DNA of 64,000 bases, taken from positions 372,001 through 436,000 of the forward strand of contig OZ374562.1 in assembly GCA_977862235.1 (NCBI GenBank), given 5' to 3'. The first letter of the stretch is position 1, and every line of letters starts with the position of its first letter. The DNA comes from Dudresnaya verticillata (taxonomy: Eukaryota). Made by a program: the position numbers and the translations under genes. Under the pieces are notes generated by a model, which was given only the letters and a program-made list of their open reading frames with translations, was not told the origin of the DNA and made no database searches. Below, piece by piece: positions 1 to 13,120 of this stretch.

Positions 1-1035
1 GCGCGCGCGCCCCGGCGCCGGCAGCAAGCCGCGTTGTTGCGCGCGAACGCGCGGCGGGTGCGGCTCGACACTACGTGACGACACGCCGGCGCGCGCTTCA
101 TACGCGGCGCGCGCACGTAACGCCGGCGAGCGCGCGGCGCGCGGGAGCTGCGGCGAGAGGCGAAGCGCGGCGGCACAAGCATTCCGCCTTGTTTCCCGCG
201 CGAGTTCGCGCGCGCGCGGCGCACACGGTTGTCGCGGCGCTCCGTCTGCCTGACATCAGGCCGCGCGGGGCGGTGTGTGTGTGTGTGTGTGCGGGATGTT
301 GCGTTGCGTTGCGTGCGCGCGCAACCGACGCCGCGGCCAAGGCTCACCGGCGCACACGAGACAGGCACGCGCGGTCGGGCGAAACGTCATATGGTTTTTA
401 TATCTTGAGCCTTTTTTTTTCCCGGTGCCGGCGCGCGCCGATGTAAAGCCGTGCGCGCGCGCCACGCTCAAACGTTGGCCGCGCGTCCGCGCGCAAAAAC
501 GGAGCGCTTGGTCGCGTTGCTCCTGCCTGCGCGAGGACGCCACCCGCCCGCCAGCGGGGAGCCTGACGTCATGCGCCGGTTTCCAAACCGGCAACGCAAC
601 GCAACGGCCCCTCTCCCTCTCTCTCTCTCGGTCTCTCGGTCCGCGCGGCGCGAGCCATGAACGCCGCAGCGCGGCCCAGACTGTGTTGGCCTTCTTGCGA
701 CTCGAAAGGCGTAAGTAAATTGGAAACAGGGAAGACTCTCAAAAGACATGTCGAGAAAAAAAGGATTGCTTCCCGTAACATGTTAGCAAGGGATCTTTTG
801 CGTACATGTCTCACGAACCACGAACCGTGAGTCACGATGGAGTCCGGCCTGGCGGTTTAATATGAACCAGAGGAAGGAGAGCGGCAGAGGCAGTGTTAGT
901 GTTAGGCAGGTAACTTGTGTGTGTGTGTGTGTTTGTGTGTGTGCGAGTGCGCCTGCACCAAAAAACTTGTGCAGAATCATTTTTCTTGTAAGGTCACGTG
1001 ATTCTTGCAGACTCGCGAGCAAAGTCCCTCAAACA

Positions 1036-1085
1036 AGAGAGAGCAGAGAGAGAGAGAGGGAGAGAGAGAGAGAGAGAGAGAGAGA
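1036..1085. repeat. (GA)n microsatellite
   Basis: Directly visible imperfect (GA)n tract. Confidence 0.9.
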
Positions 1086-1566
1086 CCGCTGCCGTCTTGC
1101 CCTGTGCGCCTGAGCTCACCAGTACCGTAGTTTTCAGTAGTACCCACTTTTGAAGAGAGACTCGGAACATATTCCAGCTCGTATCACGTGAAACGGAAAG
1201 CCCTCCCGCTCCTTAGGGAATGTGCCCTCCTTCCGGAAACGATAACGATCACGCTGTAGCTATGGAACACAAACTCACCTTTGCCCATACATCTACTAGT
1301 TTCTTTTTACTCTATACGAAAAAAAGACAGCCTTCCTCTGTTCCCGTCAATAACATCCCCTTTTAACATGCTGCAACACATCTCCTCTACTGTACTGTAC
1401 TGAGGGGAAAGAGTAGCCAACAAAAATAAGAAAACTGCCATAGTCAAACCCCGCCCATCATAGCCTTCCACTATGCTGGCCATACCAAAACAAAAAAAGA
1501 CACCCAATACCCAATAACCTAGACAAAAAAGAAAACCTCCCAGAGCCTTGAGTGTACGTGTGTGCC

Positions 1567-1627
1567 ATTGCTTGTGTCATTGCTTGTGTGATTACTTGTG
1601 TGATTGCTTGTGTGTGTGTGTGTGTGT
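1567..1627. repeat. 12-bp minisatellite (ATTGCTTGTGTG) x4 running into (TG)n
   Basis: Units start at 1567, 1579, 1591 and 1603, with single substitutions. Confidence 0.85.
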
Positions 1628-1692
1628 AAGTACAAATTGTCGTGGCTCTTCTTCTCTGAGCTGAGAAGAAGAAATCTGCAGAGAATCTAGAA

Positions 1693-1773
1693 GGAGAGAG
1701 AGAGAGAGAGAGAGAGAGGTTGGGAGAGAGAGAGGGATAGAGGGGTTGGGAGGGTGTGTGTGAGAGGGAGGGT

Positions 1774-1820
<47 letters not shown>
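1693..1820. repeat. Compound (GA)n microsatellite just downstream of the bHLH1 stop
   Basis: Directly visible. Confidence 0.9.
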
Positions 1821-1821
<1 letters not shown>

Positions 1822-1842
1822 TGGTGAGATGGAGAAAGAAAT

Positions 1843-2905
1843 CTATACAGAGAGCGAAGAGTCTTGTGGAGGATCGTCGCGATCCTCATCTGATTCTGTA
1901 GGAGGCAGTCTGAACGCCTCTCGAAGGAGCTTGACAGCTTCCTGCAGCACGTCTGCCTTCTTGGTAACCTTTTGATGTGGCCGAACCTTCCTAATCGTGT
2001 TTTTGAGCCGTTCCAACCCACGATCGATTCTTGACCGGCTGGCACGCGTGTGCTCATTGTGCCGCTGTTTCCTTTGCGATTCTGTCATTTGCTGACTTCT
2101 CACCCTTGGCGCCGCCGCTCGAATGCGCCGCATCGGCAGCGCCTTGGATCTATCCCCGGCCAGCGCCTCTGCGAGCTCGGAAGCCCCGCCCACAATCGCC
2201 GCATTGCCCAGGCTCGTCGGCGCCCCAAACGTCCCCATGCCGTGCACGCCCGTGCTCTGCGCCCCGGAAATCCCCGGCAGCGGCAGCGTCGAGATGGCCG
2301 GCACGGCCGGCATGGCGAGGTGCGCCGTCAGCGTGTCCACGCCGGCGAGCGTGTTGCCCTGCTCGCCGTCGCCCGCCGCTTGGTGCGCGTGCGGTCCCAG
2401 TCCGGGCCCCGCCGCGCCCGGGTTGTCGTCCTGCGGGAGGTCGTCGAAGAAGTTGCGGTGCGCGAGCGCGAACCCGGCGGCGGCGCGGTCGCCGTCGACG
2501 GCGGCCACAGCGGCGGCGGCAGCGGCCGTCGGGTCCGTCGCGGAGCCGGCCTGTGATTGGAAGTGCTGAATCGGGTCTGGGTGCATCGGGAGCGGCACGG
2601 ACGGCAGGGCCGGATCGTGCTGCTGCTGCTTGGCGGCGGCGGCGGCGGCGGCGGCTGCGGCGGCGGCTGCGGCAGGGTGCTGGGCGGTGGGGCGCGGCGG
2701 TAGCAGATGGGCCGAGGGGACCGTGTGGTGGTAGCGTTGTGGGAGGTGCTGCTGGGCGGCTGCAGCAGCAGCAGCGGCGGCGGCGGAAGCGGAGGCGACG
2801 GAGGTGGTTGGGGATGGGTGGTGGGCGGAGGCGGAGACGGAGGCGTGTGGCGGGAGGATGTGGTGGTTGTGCTGCTGCTGCTGCTGCTGTTGGTGTTGTT
2901 GTTGA

Positions 2906-2950
<45 letters not shown>

Positions 2951-3513
2951 GGGTGGTGGGATTGATGGTGGGGATGGTGGTGCTGCTGCTGATGGTTCTG
3001 GTGGTGGTGGTGGTGGTGTTGTTGCTGCTGCTGCTGTTGCTGCGGGTGGTGTTGCTGGTGGTGTTGCTGGTGGTGTTGCTGGTGGTGTTGCTGGTGTTGC
3101 TGCTGCTGCTGCTGTTGTTGGTGGTGTTGCTGCAGCGGGGAGGAGTGGTGGGGGTTTGGGTGGTGCTGCGAGGGCGATGCGAGCGTAACGTTCTGGTGAT
3201 GATGATGATGTTGTTGCTGCTGGTGGGTGTTGTGGTGGTGGTGCTGCGGCTTGGACATGTGGGGGAGTGCGGCGAGTGCAGCGGCGGGGTGGTGGGACGA
3301 GGCCGAGACGGGGGGGTCGTGGTGGTGGTGCTGCTGCTCGAGCTTGGGCGGGTGCGCGGCGGACGTGCGCGGCGGGAGGTAGGCGCGGATGGGCTGCGCG
3401 GCGGCGGCGGCGGCAGCGGCGGCGGCGGCGGCGGCGGCGGCCGAGGCGGGCATGGGCGGCGGGCGCGGGGCGGCGGCGGCGGCGGCGGAGGCCGGGTGGT
3501 GGAGCGAGGACAT
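1843..3513 (-). CDS. bHLH transcription factor with long poly-Gln/His/Ala N-terminal region
   Basis: 556-aa ATG ORF. The C-terminal segment QRKQRHNEHTRASRSRIDRGLERLKNTIRKVRPHQKVTKKADVLQEAVKLL fits basic-helix1-loop-helix2 (KKADVLQEA helix 2). Confidence 0.88.
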
Positions 3514-5034
3514 GGCGCGGTCGGCGCGGGCGGGCGGGCGGCGGTGGGGGAGGGGGGGGCGGCGGCGGCGCGGGCGATGGGTTATGTGCGGGAAGGGTGT
3601 GTGTGTGTGTGTGTGCGTGTGTGCGTGCGTGCGTGGGTGGGACAGGCGAGGTGCGCGGTGGGGTGTACAGACAGGCAGAGGGCGCGAGGGATGCGCGGGT
3701 GTGTGGGGTGTGTGAGGGATGCGTCGCGAAGGGATCGGAAACGGCTCGCGACTGGCGGCGACGTCAGGGCGCGCGGCGCGCGCGGGATGGCGCGGGAGTG
3801 GCGGTGGTGGTGGTGGTGGAGGCGGCGGCGGTAGTGGTGGCGGTGGAGGTGGTGGCGGGGGGGGCGGGGCGGGGGGGGGGGGGGTGGTTGTGCGTGCGTG
3901 CGTGTGTGTGTGAGTGTGTGTGTGTGTGTGGGGCGGCGGGGGGCGGGAGCGCGTTTGGGGCTGGCTTTGGCGGTGTGTGTGTGTGTCACGCGAGACTAAA
4001 ATAGGCGACGGTATCTATCTGGTGGGGCGCGCTTGCGACAATTGCCCTTCACCGGCGATCGCGCGACGGCAAGCGGCGGCGGCGGGCGGCGGCGAGCAGT
4101 TGCGTTTTCGCGGGCGCGCGCGGGGTTTCAGTGGCGCGGTGGCGGTGTGTGACGGGTACAGTACTGCGCTGTCATCGAGGAGGTCGAAATGCGATCCACC
4201 AAGTTTTGGGTAAAAAGAATCACGATACGAAACGGGCTGCGTGCGCGGTGAGTGCGCGCGGCGTGACGCGCCAATGGCGCGTCGCGACGCCGCGCTTGCT
4301 TCCCGCTCGGATTGGATTGCCCGCGCGCCGCCGGTTCGCCGCCTGCTCGCTGCCATGCGCCGCCGTGCGCCTTCCAGCGCGGCGCGCGCGTGTCCACGCG
4401 CAATGCGTCGATCGGCCGTGTCGTGGTCGTGGTCGTGGTCGTGTTTGTTCAGTGGTGGCGGTGGCGGCGGTGGCAACACCGCCTGGACTTTGTGCGGCCT
4501 GCGCTGTCCGCGCATGGACAAGCTGTGTGTGTGTGTTTGCGCTTGCGCTTGCGCTTGCGCTGTAGCGCAGCCGGCGCCGCGCGTTCCACCGACGCGCGTT
4601 CTTCAGTTGCGCTTGCACGCCGCGCGGCGCCACACGCGGCGCGCCCCGTTCACGCATGGAGGATGTGCGGCGGCGCAACGTGAGCGGCGGCGAGCGTGAA
4701 CAATGAGCGCGTCGCAATGGAGCAGCGCGGACGGAGCGGCAGCACGCGGTGTATACGCGGGGGCGGGCGCGGCGCGGCGCGGCGCGGGGGGCGCGGCGCG
4801 GGCACGCGCCACATGGCCGCGGCGCGGAGTTGGCGCGCGCGCGCGCTCGCCACGGCGCGTTCCATCCGTTCGCGGCGTCACGGTCACGTCACGTGGCGCG
4901 GCGCGCACTCGCTCCGCCGCGCGCTTGGTGCCAAGCGCAAGCGCCGGCTGCTGCGCGCGGCGCCTTGCCACGGCCACCACCGCCGCCACCGCCGCCAGGC
5001 GCTTCCCATGAGAGAGCAGGAGAGCGAGCGAGCG

Positions 5035-5077
<43 letters not shown>

Positions 5078-5326
5078 GGCACATCCGCCTCGTCGCCGGC
5101 GCTGCGCTCGCTTGCGCCGCTCCGAGCGCGTCGCAAGGGGGTAGGATAAGGTTTTGACTTTCTGTGCGCGCGGCGAGCGGCGAGCGGCGAGCGCGCGCGG
5201 CTGGGCGGGCGCTGCTGCCGCGTCCTGTGCTGGCATTGGGCGCTGGCGCGCTTGGACATAACAGTTGTAGCTGCGCTTGTGCGTGCGCACTGGCCGGCGG
5301 GTGAGTGAGAGAGTGTCAGTGAGAGC

Positions 5327-5392
5327 GGGCGATGGGCGGCATGGGCAGCGCCACCGATCGGGCGATGGGCGGCATGGGCAGCGCCACCGATC
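5327..5392. repeat. 33-bp perfect tandem duplication
   Basis: GGGCGATGGGCGGCATGGGCAGCGCCACCGATC x2. Confidence 0.9.
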
Positions 5393-5645
5393 AGCCGCGC
5401 GGCACAGCGCGCAGCATGGATGCGCGCGGACTGTGTGTTGTGTGTGCAGTGGCACAGCTGCTGTTGCGCTGCAGCAGGTGAGGCTCTGCCGGCCTGGCCT
5501 TGCCAAGGCAGAGGGAAGGAAGCATCTCTAAGGAAGCAGCATAGGCAGCACCATTGGTGGTTATTCAGCAGACACACAAAGGTGTGCATACGGCGGCAGT
5601 TTCGGTTTCGCTTGTTCGTTCCACCGCACACAGTAGTGTAGTGGC

Positions 5646-5698
5646 CCTGTGCCACACCCGACCTGTGCCACACCCGACCTGTGCCACACCCGACCTGT
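5646..5698. repeat. 16-bp tandem repeat x3.3
   Basis: CCTGTGCCACACCCGA x3 plus a partial copy. Confidence 0.9.
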
Positions 5699-8600
5699 AC
5701 ACACACCACACCGTGTGGGTGTGTCTTGCAGTCAACCTTGCAGTGCCTGTGCCGTGTTGCTCGCCCGTTGGTTGCCTTGCTTGCTTGCCTTTTTCATGTA
5801 CAGTAAGACAGTAAGATATAACCCAAAATGGGGTTTGGCCGTGCTTGCGGCGCAGGCACGCTACTGTACATTTCAGTGCAACTACTGTAGATACTGTACT
5901 GTCGGGGTCGGAAGCGCACACGGTGTGTGTCTACTTGTTTGCTTGTTTGCTTGTTTGCTTGTTTGCTTGCAGCAGCAGCAGCAGCAGATGCACATCGCAC
6001 ATGCAGCAAGAGTGCCCTTGCAGCGCGGGTAGAGTCAACGAGTAGCACAGTAGATACATGTGATTCAAAAGCACAAGGCCGGACGTATCATATCCTACTA
6101 CGTGACAGATCGCGTTTTGATTTTGCTTTGCTCTATGATACACTTCTCCATCAGACACATATCAAGCGGTGGTTGACGCGCGCCTGCTTGAATCGTAAAC
6201 AAAGCGCGTGACGTCACGCCGTTTACGCGTCGATAACAATGCGCGCGTGTCAAAACGCAATGTTGATTGTCGCCCATGCCACACACACACTCCAAGTAGT
6301 TGAGAGAGAGGTACGATATGTATAATGCTGCGCCATGTCCAAAATAAACCTCCCGATACATAAACCAATTCTCACATTGCTTTTTCAAATGCCTTCCCGT
6401 TCAACTTCCATCCACTTTCGACTTTTGATTCACAAGACGAAACCGCCCGTCACCATCACGCCGCGCGCCACGCACATGCGCCTTTTGATTGTATGCACCG
6501 CGTTTCCCCGCGCGCAGCGCTTTGCACATGCACCCGTGCATAGTGCATGCACCGCGCGCCGCCGCCCTTGACGCGCCGTGTCGCCCGCTCGCGTGTCCGT
6601 CTGCCGCGCCCACCTCATTCACTTTGGTCGTTGCGCGTACCGGTCACGCCGGTCACGCCGCGCATCGCATCGCCGTGCGCTCACGCCGCCGCGCCCTTCC
6701 CGCGCCTGCCTGGGGCACAGTGGTCGACAACCTGTGCCTGTGCCACACACTCGCGCGCGCACCGGCACCTGCACTGTCGGTCGGACCGCGAGCGACCGAA
6801 AAGCAAGAGAGTCTATTAATATGCGCCCGCCGCACATGCTCCCTGACTCTTCAGCACAACCGCAACACAATGCACACGCCGCCAACGCCGCCAACTGCAA
6901 CCGCTGCTCCGCTCGCTCGCGCGACTCACGCCCGCGTTGGCGTCACCAGCTTCACCTCGCGCCCACCGCACCGCGCTTGCGACGCAAGCAAAACGGCAAA
7001 GGCAAAAGCACAGGCGCTTGAGAACACGCCTCGCGCGCGCCCTGTTCCGCGCCGCGCCCAGGGTTCCCCATAGCACGCTGAAACAAGGCCAAGCAAGATA
7101 CTGTACATAAATCGCGCGCCTTCCGCACGCGCAACGACCGCGCGCCGAACCGCCTGCTGCTATGCTAGGCAGGATACATGCACCTAATAACATGTTACAC
7201 ATCTGGTGTACTACAGTTGTGAGTACAGCACTGTAGTGCGACGCGCGCACAAACGCACACAACCCCCGCCAGAGTTCCACGCCTCTGCTACGCCGCCGTA
7301 CCTTCGGGTAGATACTGGATACGTGCGATAAAGGAGACGAGAGGCGAGGGGCGAGAGTCGAGAGAGTCGAGAGACGAGAGACGACGCCTCTGCCTCGCGC
7401 GCTCTGCAGAGCGCGCTGTGCAAACCGTGGCGAAAGCCAAAACCTAACGACGCGTAGTACTGCGCAACGGCACTGTACCGTTCTGTATATTCGGCGTGCG
7501 CGCTTACAGACGGAGGGAGAGAGAGAGAGAGCGCCTCTGACGCCGCCGCGCACATGCTCGCTCTCGCCGTTCCCCGCGCACAGCTCAGCAAAGCAACTCC
7601 ATCCGAGTCGTGGCACGTGACATCCGCCCGCGCCGTCGCTCAAACCGCGCGCGCGTATATTTTGCAAACAACACGCAACGCCGCCGCCGCTGTCGTCCGC
7701 CACCGCCGCCGCCACCGTCACCGTTCCACCGCTCGCGTGCCGCCGCGCACGCGCGCGCACGATAACATACTGTACTGTACGCTCGCGGAGAGCCGCACTC
7801 GACCGTCTCCGCGCTCCCTCTCCGTCCTCGCGCCGCCGCGCCGAAACGCCTCTCCGGAGACCGCGCCGCGCCGTCGCACCGCCATTCCCTCCCTCCCTGC
7901 GTGCGTGCGTGCGTGCGCTCGCTCGCCCACCCGCGTCGCGATGCCGCAACGCCACCGCGCGCCGCCGCCGCGCCGCATGGAAACCAAGAAACCGCCAACG
8001 GCTATGCGACGGCCGGCTGGCGACGCGCGCTGACGACGCGCGCGCGCGCGCAGAAGATACACATGTATGCGTCGACAACAGTACAGTACATCTTTGTAGA
8101 GACGCGTGCGCGCGCGTCAACCGCGTCCGCGCCGCCGCCGCCGCCGCATGCTACTAACTGTGCAGTACAGTTATCAGTACTGTCGTGCGAGACGCGCAAC
8201 TGCTCACTACGCCGTGCTACTGTGCAGTTGTCAACAGTACTGTCCGTAGCCCGAGATAACAGAGCGCGCGCGCGGCAACTGCCGGCGCGGCGCGCGCCGC
8301 AGGACACGCACCGGTGCGAGCAGCCCGCGAGAAGCGCGCGAGAACCGCCTCACCGCCCGCGACCACGCAAACGTCCGCAACGTGCGTCTGCTGCACCGCC
8401 GCGCGCGCGCTACTCGCTCGCGCACGCCGCGCCATCAGCAGCGACGCAGCAGCCAACGCTCAGCACGCGCGCTGCCACCCCGCCGCCACCAATTCTTCTG
8501 CCTGATTTTCTGCCGCCACCGCACAACGGACACGCCCCGCCACTTCGACCGCGCCAGACGCATTGCCAAAGTCCACACGCGCGCCCACCGCCTCGCCTGC

Positions 8601-11600
8601 CCGCGCCTTCCCCATACTTTTGCCAGAGACGCTCTGCTCGTGTCCAACATCTCGCCACAGTCGCCCGCCATTTCGCCGCACGCCGTCAACTTTGGCGCGC
8701 GCCCTTTCTCTCGCGCCGCAGCAACCCGTCTGCCAGCAGGTGCCGCCGCGCCGTCGCTGACTTGGGACTGCGCGCGGGACGCACTCGCCGCCGTTGCGTT
8801 GCACCGTCTGGGAAGACAACGCGCGCGCCGTGCAGCTATAAGCTACTGTACGCGCAACGCGCACAGCCTGAGCCCGTCGGCGTCGCTCCGCACGCGTTTT
8901 GGCAGGGAAGAGCAGCAGCCGCGCGACGAGCGCGTTCGTCGAGCCGGTGCAGCGCGACGACCAACTCCGACCGCCGATGGCAGGCCGGGCGCCGAGCATG
9001 CCAACTTGGCGCGCCCGCGGCGAATCAGCGTCGAGTGGTGTAGGCGCAGATGGCGCAACAATGCGCCACGCCGTGGCGGATGTTGTAGAGTCTTGTTACC
9101 AAGCGGCACAAGCGCTGGACAGTTGGCGACCTACGCCGCGCTGCGTAGGATGACGTTAATTGACATCCTCTCTCTCTCTCTCTCAGTGTGATGGTCGCGG
9201 CTGCTGTAACAAAGTCAACTGATGCGAGCGAGTACGGCGCTCGGGTCATCATTATCAAATCTACCGGGTGATGTCATCCCTCGATGTCAGCTACGAGCGG
9301 CGGCGAGCGCTCACATGTGCGCGGCTACGCAACAGCTCGACGACAGCGCGCCAACGACGCGGAGCGCGTCCACTGCTACTGTAACATGTTAGCGCGCGCG
9401 TCTGCCGCGGTGTCCGTCCGGCGCGGCACCGGCGCCGCGTCGAGCCGCTCGCCGGTCTGTAAGCCGCGCCGATCAAAAGGCCGTGTGGTCGCTCCCAATT
9501 GGCGCATAATAATACCTTTGGGGGGCATGCGATACCCGCGTGCGCCGCTTTGGAAACCGACACTCCCCGCCGCACCTCGCCGCCCGATCGCCGCCGGAAT
9601 GCACACACACACACACACACACACGCCCCGCGCTCAGCGCGCGGCCCCGCCGTCGCCCACGCAGGCTGGCCGCAGCGCCACCCCCGCCCCAGCACGCCCG
9701 ATCGCAACTTCCCGCGGGGCACCAGAGCCCCGTCGAAGCGACGCCTGCTCGCTTGGCCTGCCCGCCTGATCTCCAAATCCTGTTGACAATGCAATTCTAG
9801 GGCACATTGCTTTGTGCCTCGCAAAGCCTCTCGGTGCTTGTATCTCTCTGCCACATTCTCTGGTCGCTCTGCGGACTGCTTGACCTGCCACCGCACCGCT
9901 CGCAGAGCGAAACAAAAAAAAAACATGCTTTCCGTCGTGCTAGGAGGTAATCGAGCAAGTCGCACGCTCGAATGCGCGTCGTCACGCAGCTGACTTTTCA
10001 ACTCCCTCGCAAGCCGTGTGCGCAAGAGGCTGATGCCGCTAGGTCGCACCCAGCTGTGAAAACAGTGTGTGCTGATCTCCCAGCATTTGCGAAAGCCATG
10101 CAGTGTCGATTCGTGCTCATCCATCAGCTCAAACCAGCGTGCGATTCTGCGTTTTGGTCAGCGAATTGACTCGGATGGGTGAATCCGGTCTGAACACTCT
10201 TTTTGGCACAATCTACTTGAGAAGGCAAGTGCGCGAGAAAACTTCATTATTGTCAATTGCTTCAGGGGACAGACGCCAGCCATATTGGCTTGACATGCTT
10301 GTCTGAGAATAGGGTGCACCGCCTGGTGGGACCCAAGACTTGTGAACGACCTGCGATTACAATCCCAAGTGCAAGAACGAGACCATCTTACTGTACCATC
10401 GTTATTGGGGTTGGGGCCCTGCAAGCCGTCACGCTGCGCTTCGTGGGGGTCGTACGAGGCAATAAACCGTCCCGAGAAGAGCACAATCGAGAGAGCTGCT
10501 GCAACCTTCTTTCCCACCGCTAACTGAAAAGGAGCGTTGAAGCACGATTATATATGTTTGGTCCGGAACTTAAACAGACAATGGCACGATGTGTGATGCT
10601 TGTGGTGGTCCTGAGAGATCTACGAAACCTCAGTCCTCCTTTTAATGTCACGGGACCTCTGAAAAACAGAATTTGCCACAACACTCGCGATTCGGAGATT
10701 CCGTGCCGTCGCCTTCTCGCTTCACTCGCAGTTTGCCAACATGCGAAACAGCTCAACCTTTGCTATGCCCGTTTCAGTTGCGCTCACAAGATGTTGCATC
10801 ACCGAGTGTGGTTCCGTAACACATTACCTCAAACCCAGCCCTTGTACCAGTCTCATGTTCAGCAAGCATATGCAAACCTTTCCTAACCTGCATCCGGTCG
10901 AGCTAGTCCTCGGCCTTGTAACGACACCGGCCCCTCGTCATGCTTTGCTATGCCCCTTGCTCAACAAACCGACTATTCTTCTGTGCTTGAGACAGGCAAT
11001 CAAGTCCTGAATACACTGCCCCCGAAGAAGCCATGCCGCAAAAGAGCGTGCAGACGCGTCTTTGACACATTGGACGCTCTCATAACGACTGTACGTACAT
11101 CTGTTCTCCGGACATGGTCAGAGTAATCTTCCAATGTGGTCAATACAGCTGGGCACCGGAAGGGCACGAAAAGACCGTTGCAACCGCAGAAAGCAAAGTG
11201 CGTTTGCGAGTCGCCAAACTTTGTTCCCATCGAGGAACCCATGCATGTCCTTTGTCGATTGGCAAGTCGGAACAATCTGGTTTACATTATGACTGCAAGA
11301 CACTAGGCATCATCATGACAAACAAAATTGCAGATTCCTGCGAAAGTTTATCCATGAACGTGGTGCAAGGCCCTCTGAGTTTGTCAGTATGGTGTCTTGC
11401 ATCCGATAAGGGACAACGACGCAATCGCCTGGTGTCATCCGTCGCTGTGCTTTGTCCCACCCGGAAAGCCCGTCGCCACAATGGAGTTTCAGACGTATCC
11501 ACGCCGGAGCCCGACTCTCATACTTCACAGGTCTTCCGATGCTCCATGCTCCACAAGGGACGCCGGATTCTGTATTAACATTAACCCCCGTGTCCAAATG

Positions 11601-13120
11601 CACTTGTTGGTTGACCATATGTGAGCAGCCGTTTGTTTACCTCTTTGGATTCTCATGCTTTTCTCTCCGCTCGAAAAGATGTGATCGGCTCAGTTTCGAC
11701 GCGTGCGCCCGATGATCGCATTTCAAGATCTCTGTTCTTATCATTGTCCTTCGCCTTTGTCGTGCAAGCTGCATTCTGTACCCTGGAACACGGTTACAGC
11801 TTTTTCGATAACGTTGCCCAACGCTGTTCAGGGCTTTGTACTGTTGTTCCGTGATCCGTGCACTCTGCTCGAAAGACTCTCCGTGGGAACCCAAGATATT
11901 CGATTCGTCTCCATCTGTAAACGGACAGGCATTCAATAGCGTTGCAGTTTTCTCATTTCTACGACGATTGATGAGGGACTGACGCCGTGCCATGTCTTTG
12001 AGGGGTTTCTGAGTCCGTTTCTCATGGGACAACGACATTCTAACACAGGAACAAGCAGGTCGTGCAATGCACAATTTGTTCCATGATGGACGATGCTTGT
12101 GCGTCATTCAGTCACCCATTTTTGATGCTGGCCGCAAAATGACAGCTCCCGCGTGGACGCACTTGCGTCAACTTCGCAGAAAAAAACGCTGACTGACGCC
12201 ATTGTTTCTTGTGCAATTTCACAATTCATGTGCTTCCAATCCTCTCCCCTCTGTGATGTGGGGCGTACGTACCACATCTTTCGTGCTTTCAAGTTCGCAT
12301 CTTTGCAAGGCCCTGCCTCCTTTGAGACAATCAGATCTCTGATCTTCATTAGCACTATTTTCCTACCACAGCGATGGAGCTTCGCCATGGAGTTGTTCAA
12401 AAAGTGAGACATGTTGCCAAAGGCTTGCGTCTTGCTGGCTTCTGAGAAATAGCGTTTGTCCAAGTATGGTGCAGACACGGCTGAACCAGCATCAGTTCGG
12501 CTGCAACGTGTGCAACCAGAGGCAGCTTTTGAAACAGAATCAAAGTTTCTGAAACTTGCTTACATCGGAAGAGCCTAATTGTACTAATGCCGAAGCTCGT
12601 TCCTTTCGTCAGAAGTTGTAAGGACACGTAGGGGGAATATTCCTTGGGGCTTCAGTTTTTGATGAGCAGCCTGCAAACCAGACTCATCGGTGAGATACAA
12701 ATGGTACTCTCTCATTTCTTCAAAAAAGGCGCGACACAAACTAGAAGCTAGCGCACGGATTGTATGGATTGTATTTGCCTCTGCAATACTCGATTTCTGT
12801 TGTGCATGCTGCGCCCTCGTGAGGCGTTTATTGTGTGAACTTCCCATATAGGGGTTGCCAGGCCAGTCTGAAGACAATAAGTTTGCTAATGTTTACCGTT
12901 TATGTATGTGGCAGGAGATTCAAGTTCTGGCAATAATGTTAACAACTACCGGTGCATGTGATGTCACAAAAGCTCACACACGCAAAAATTCCAATGCCTT
13001 CACGCTTTTGTTGTGTCGAAATCCAGCAAGACATTGCAGACAGCCACTCTTCTGAACCCTCACAATCTTGTTTGCTTAGTTACACACAGCAAATTGGAGC
13101 TTTTGGCGGACGAGCTGCTC

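Larger units (their letters stand above)
4157..10395. promoter_or_regulatory. Putative extended regulatory region with clustered TACTGTA/TACAGTA motifs
   Basis: Twelve copies counted by eye in about 6.2 kb of non-coding GC-rich DNA upstream of bHLH1. The function is inferred. Confidence 0.4.

Noticed and set aside
2707..3834. 375-aa poly-Leu/Val 'membrane protein' ORF on the + strand
   Set aside because: It is the antisense shadow of the CAG/CAC repeats encoding poly-Gln/His in the bHLH gene.
5327..5698. 33-bp and 16-bp direct repeats as a possible CRISPR-like array
   Set aside because: The repeats are head-to-tail with no spacers, there are no cas genes, and the context is eukaryotic.
3900..9770. 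Many overlapping long Arg/Ala-rich ORFs (for example 6816-8120, 7901-9043, 4603-5709)
   Set aside because: They are expected from stop-codon scarcity in very GC-rich DNA, have no domain motifs, and translate through microsatellites.
9770..13100. Moderate-GC segment with short ORFs, possibly a decayed transposon
   Set aside because: I recognised no RT, integrase or transposase motifs, terminal repeats or target-site duplications. A repeat-library search would be needed.
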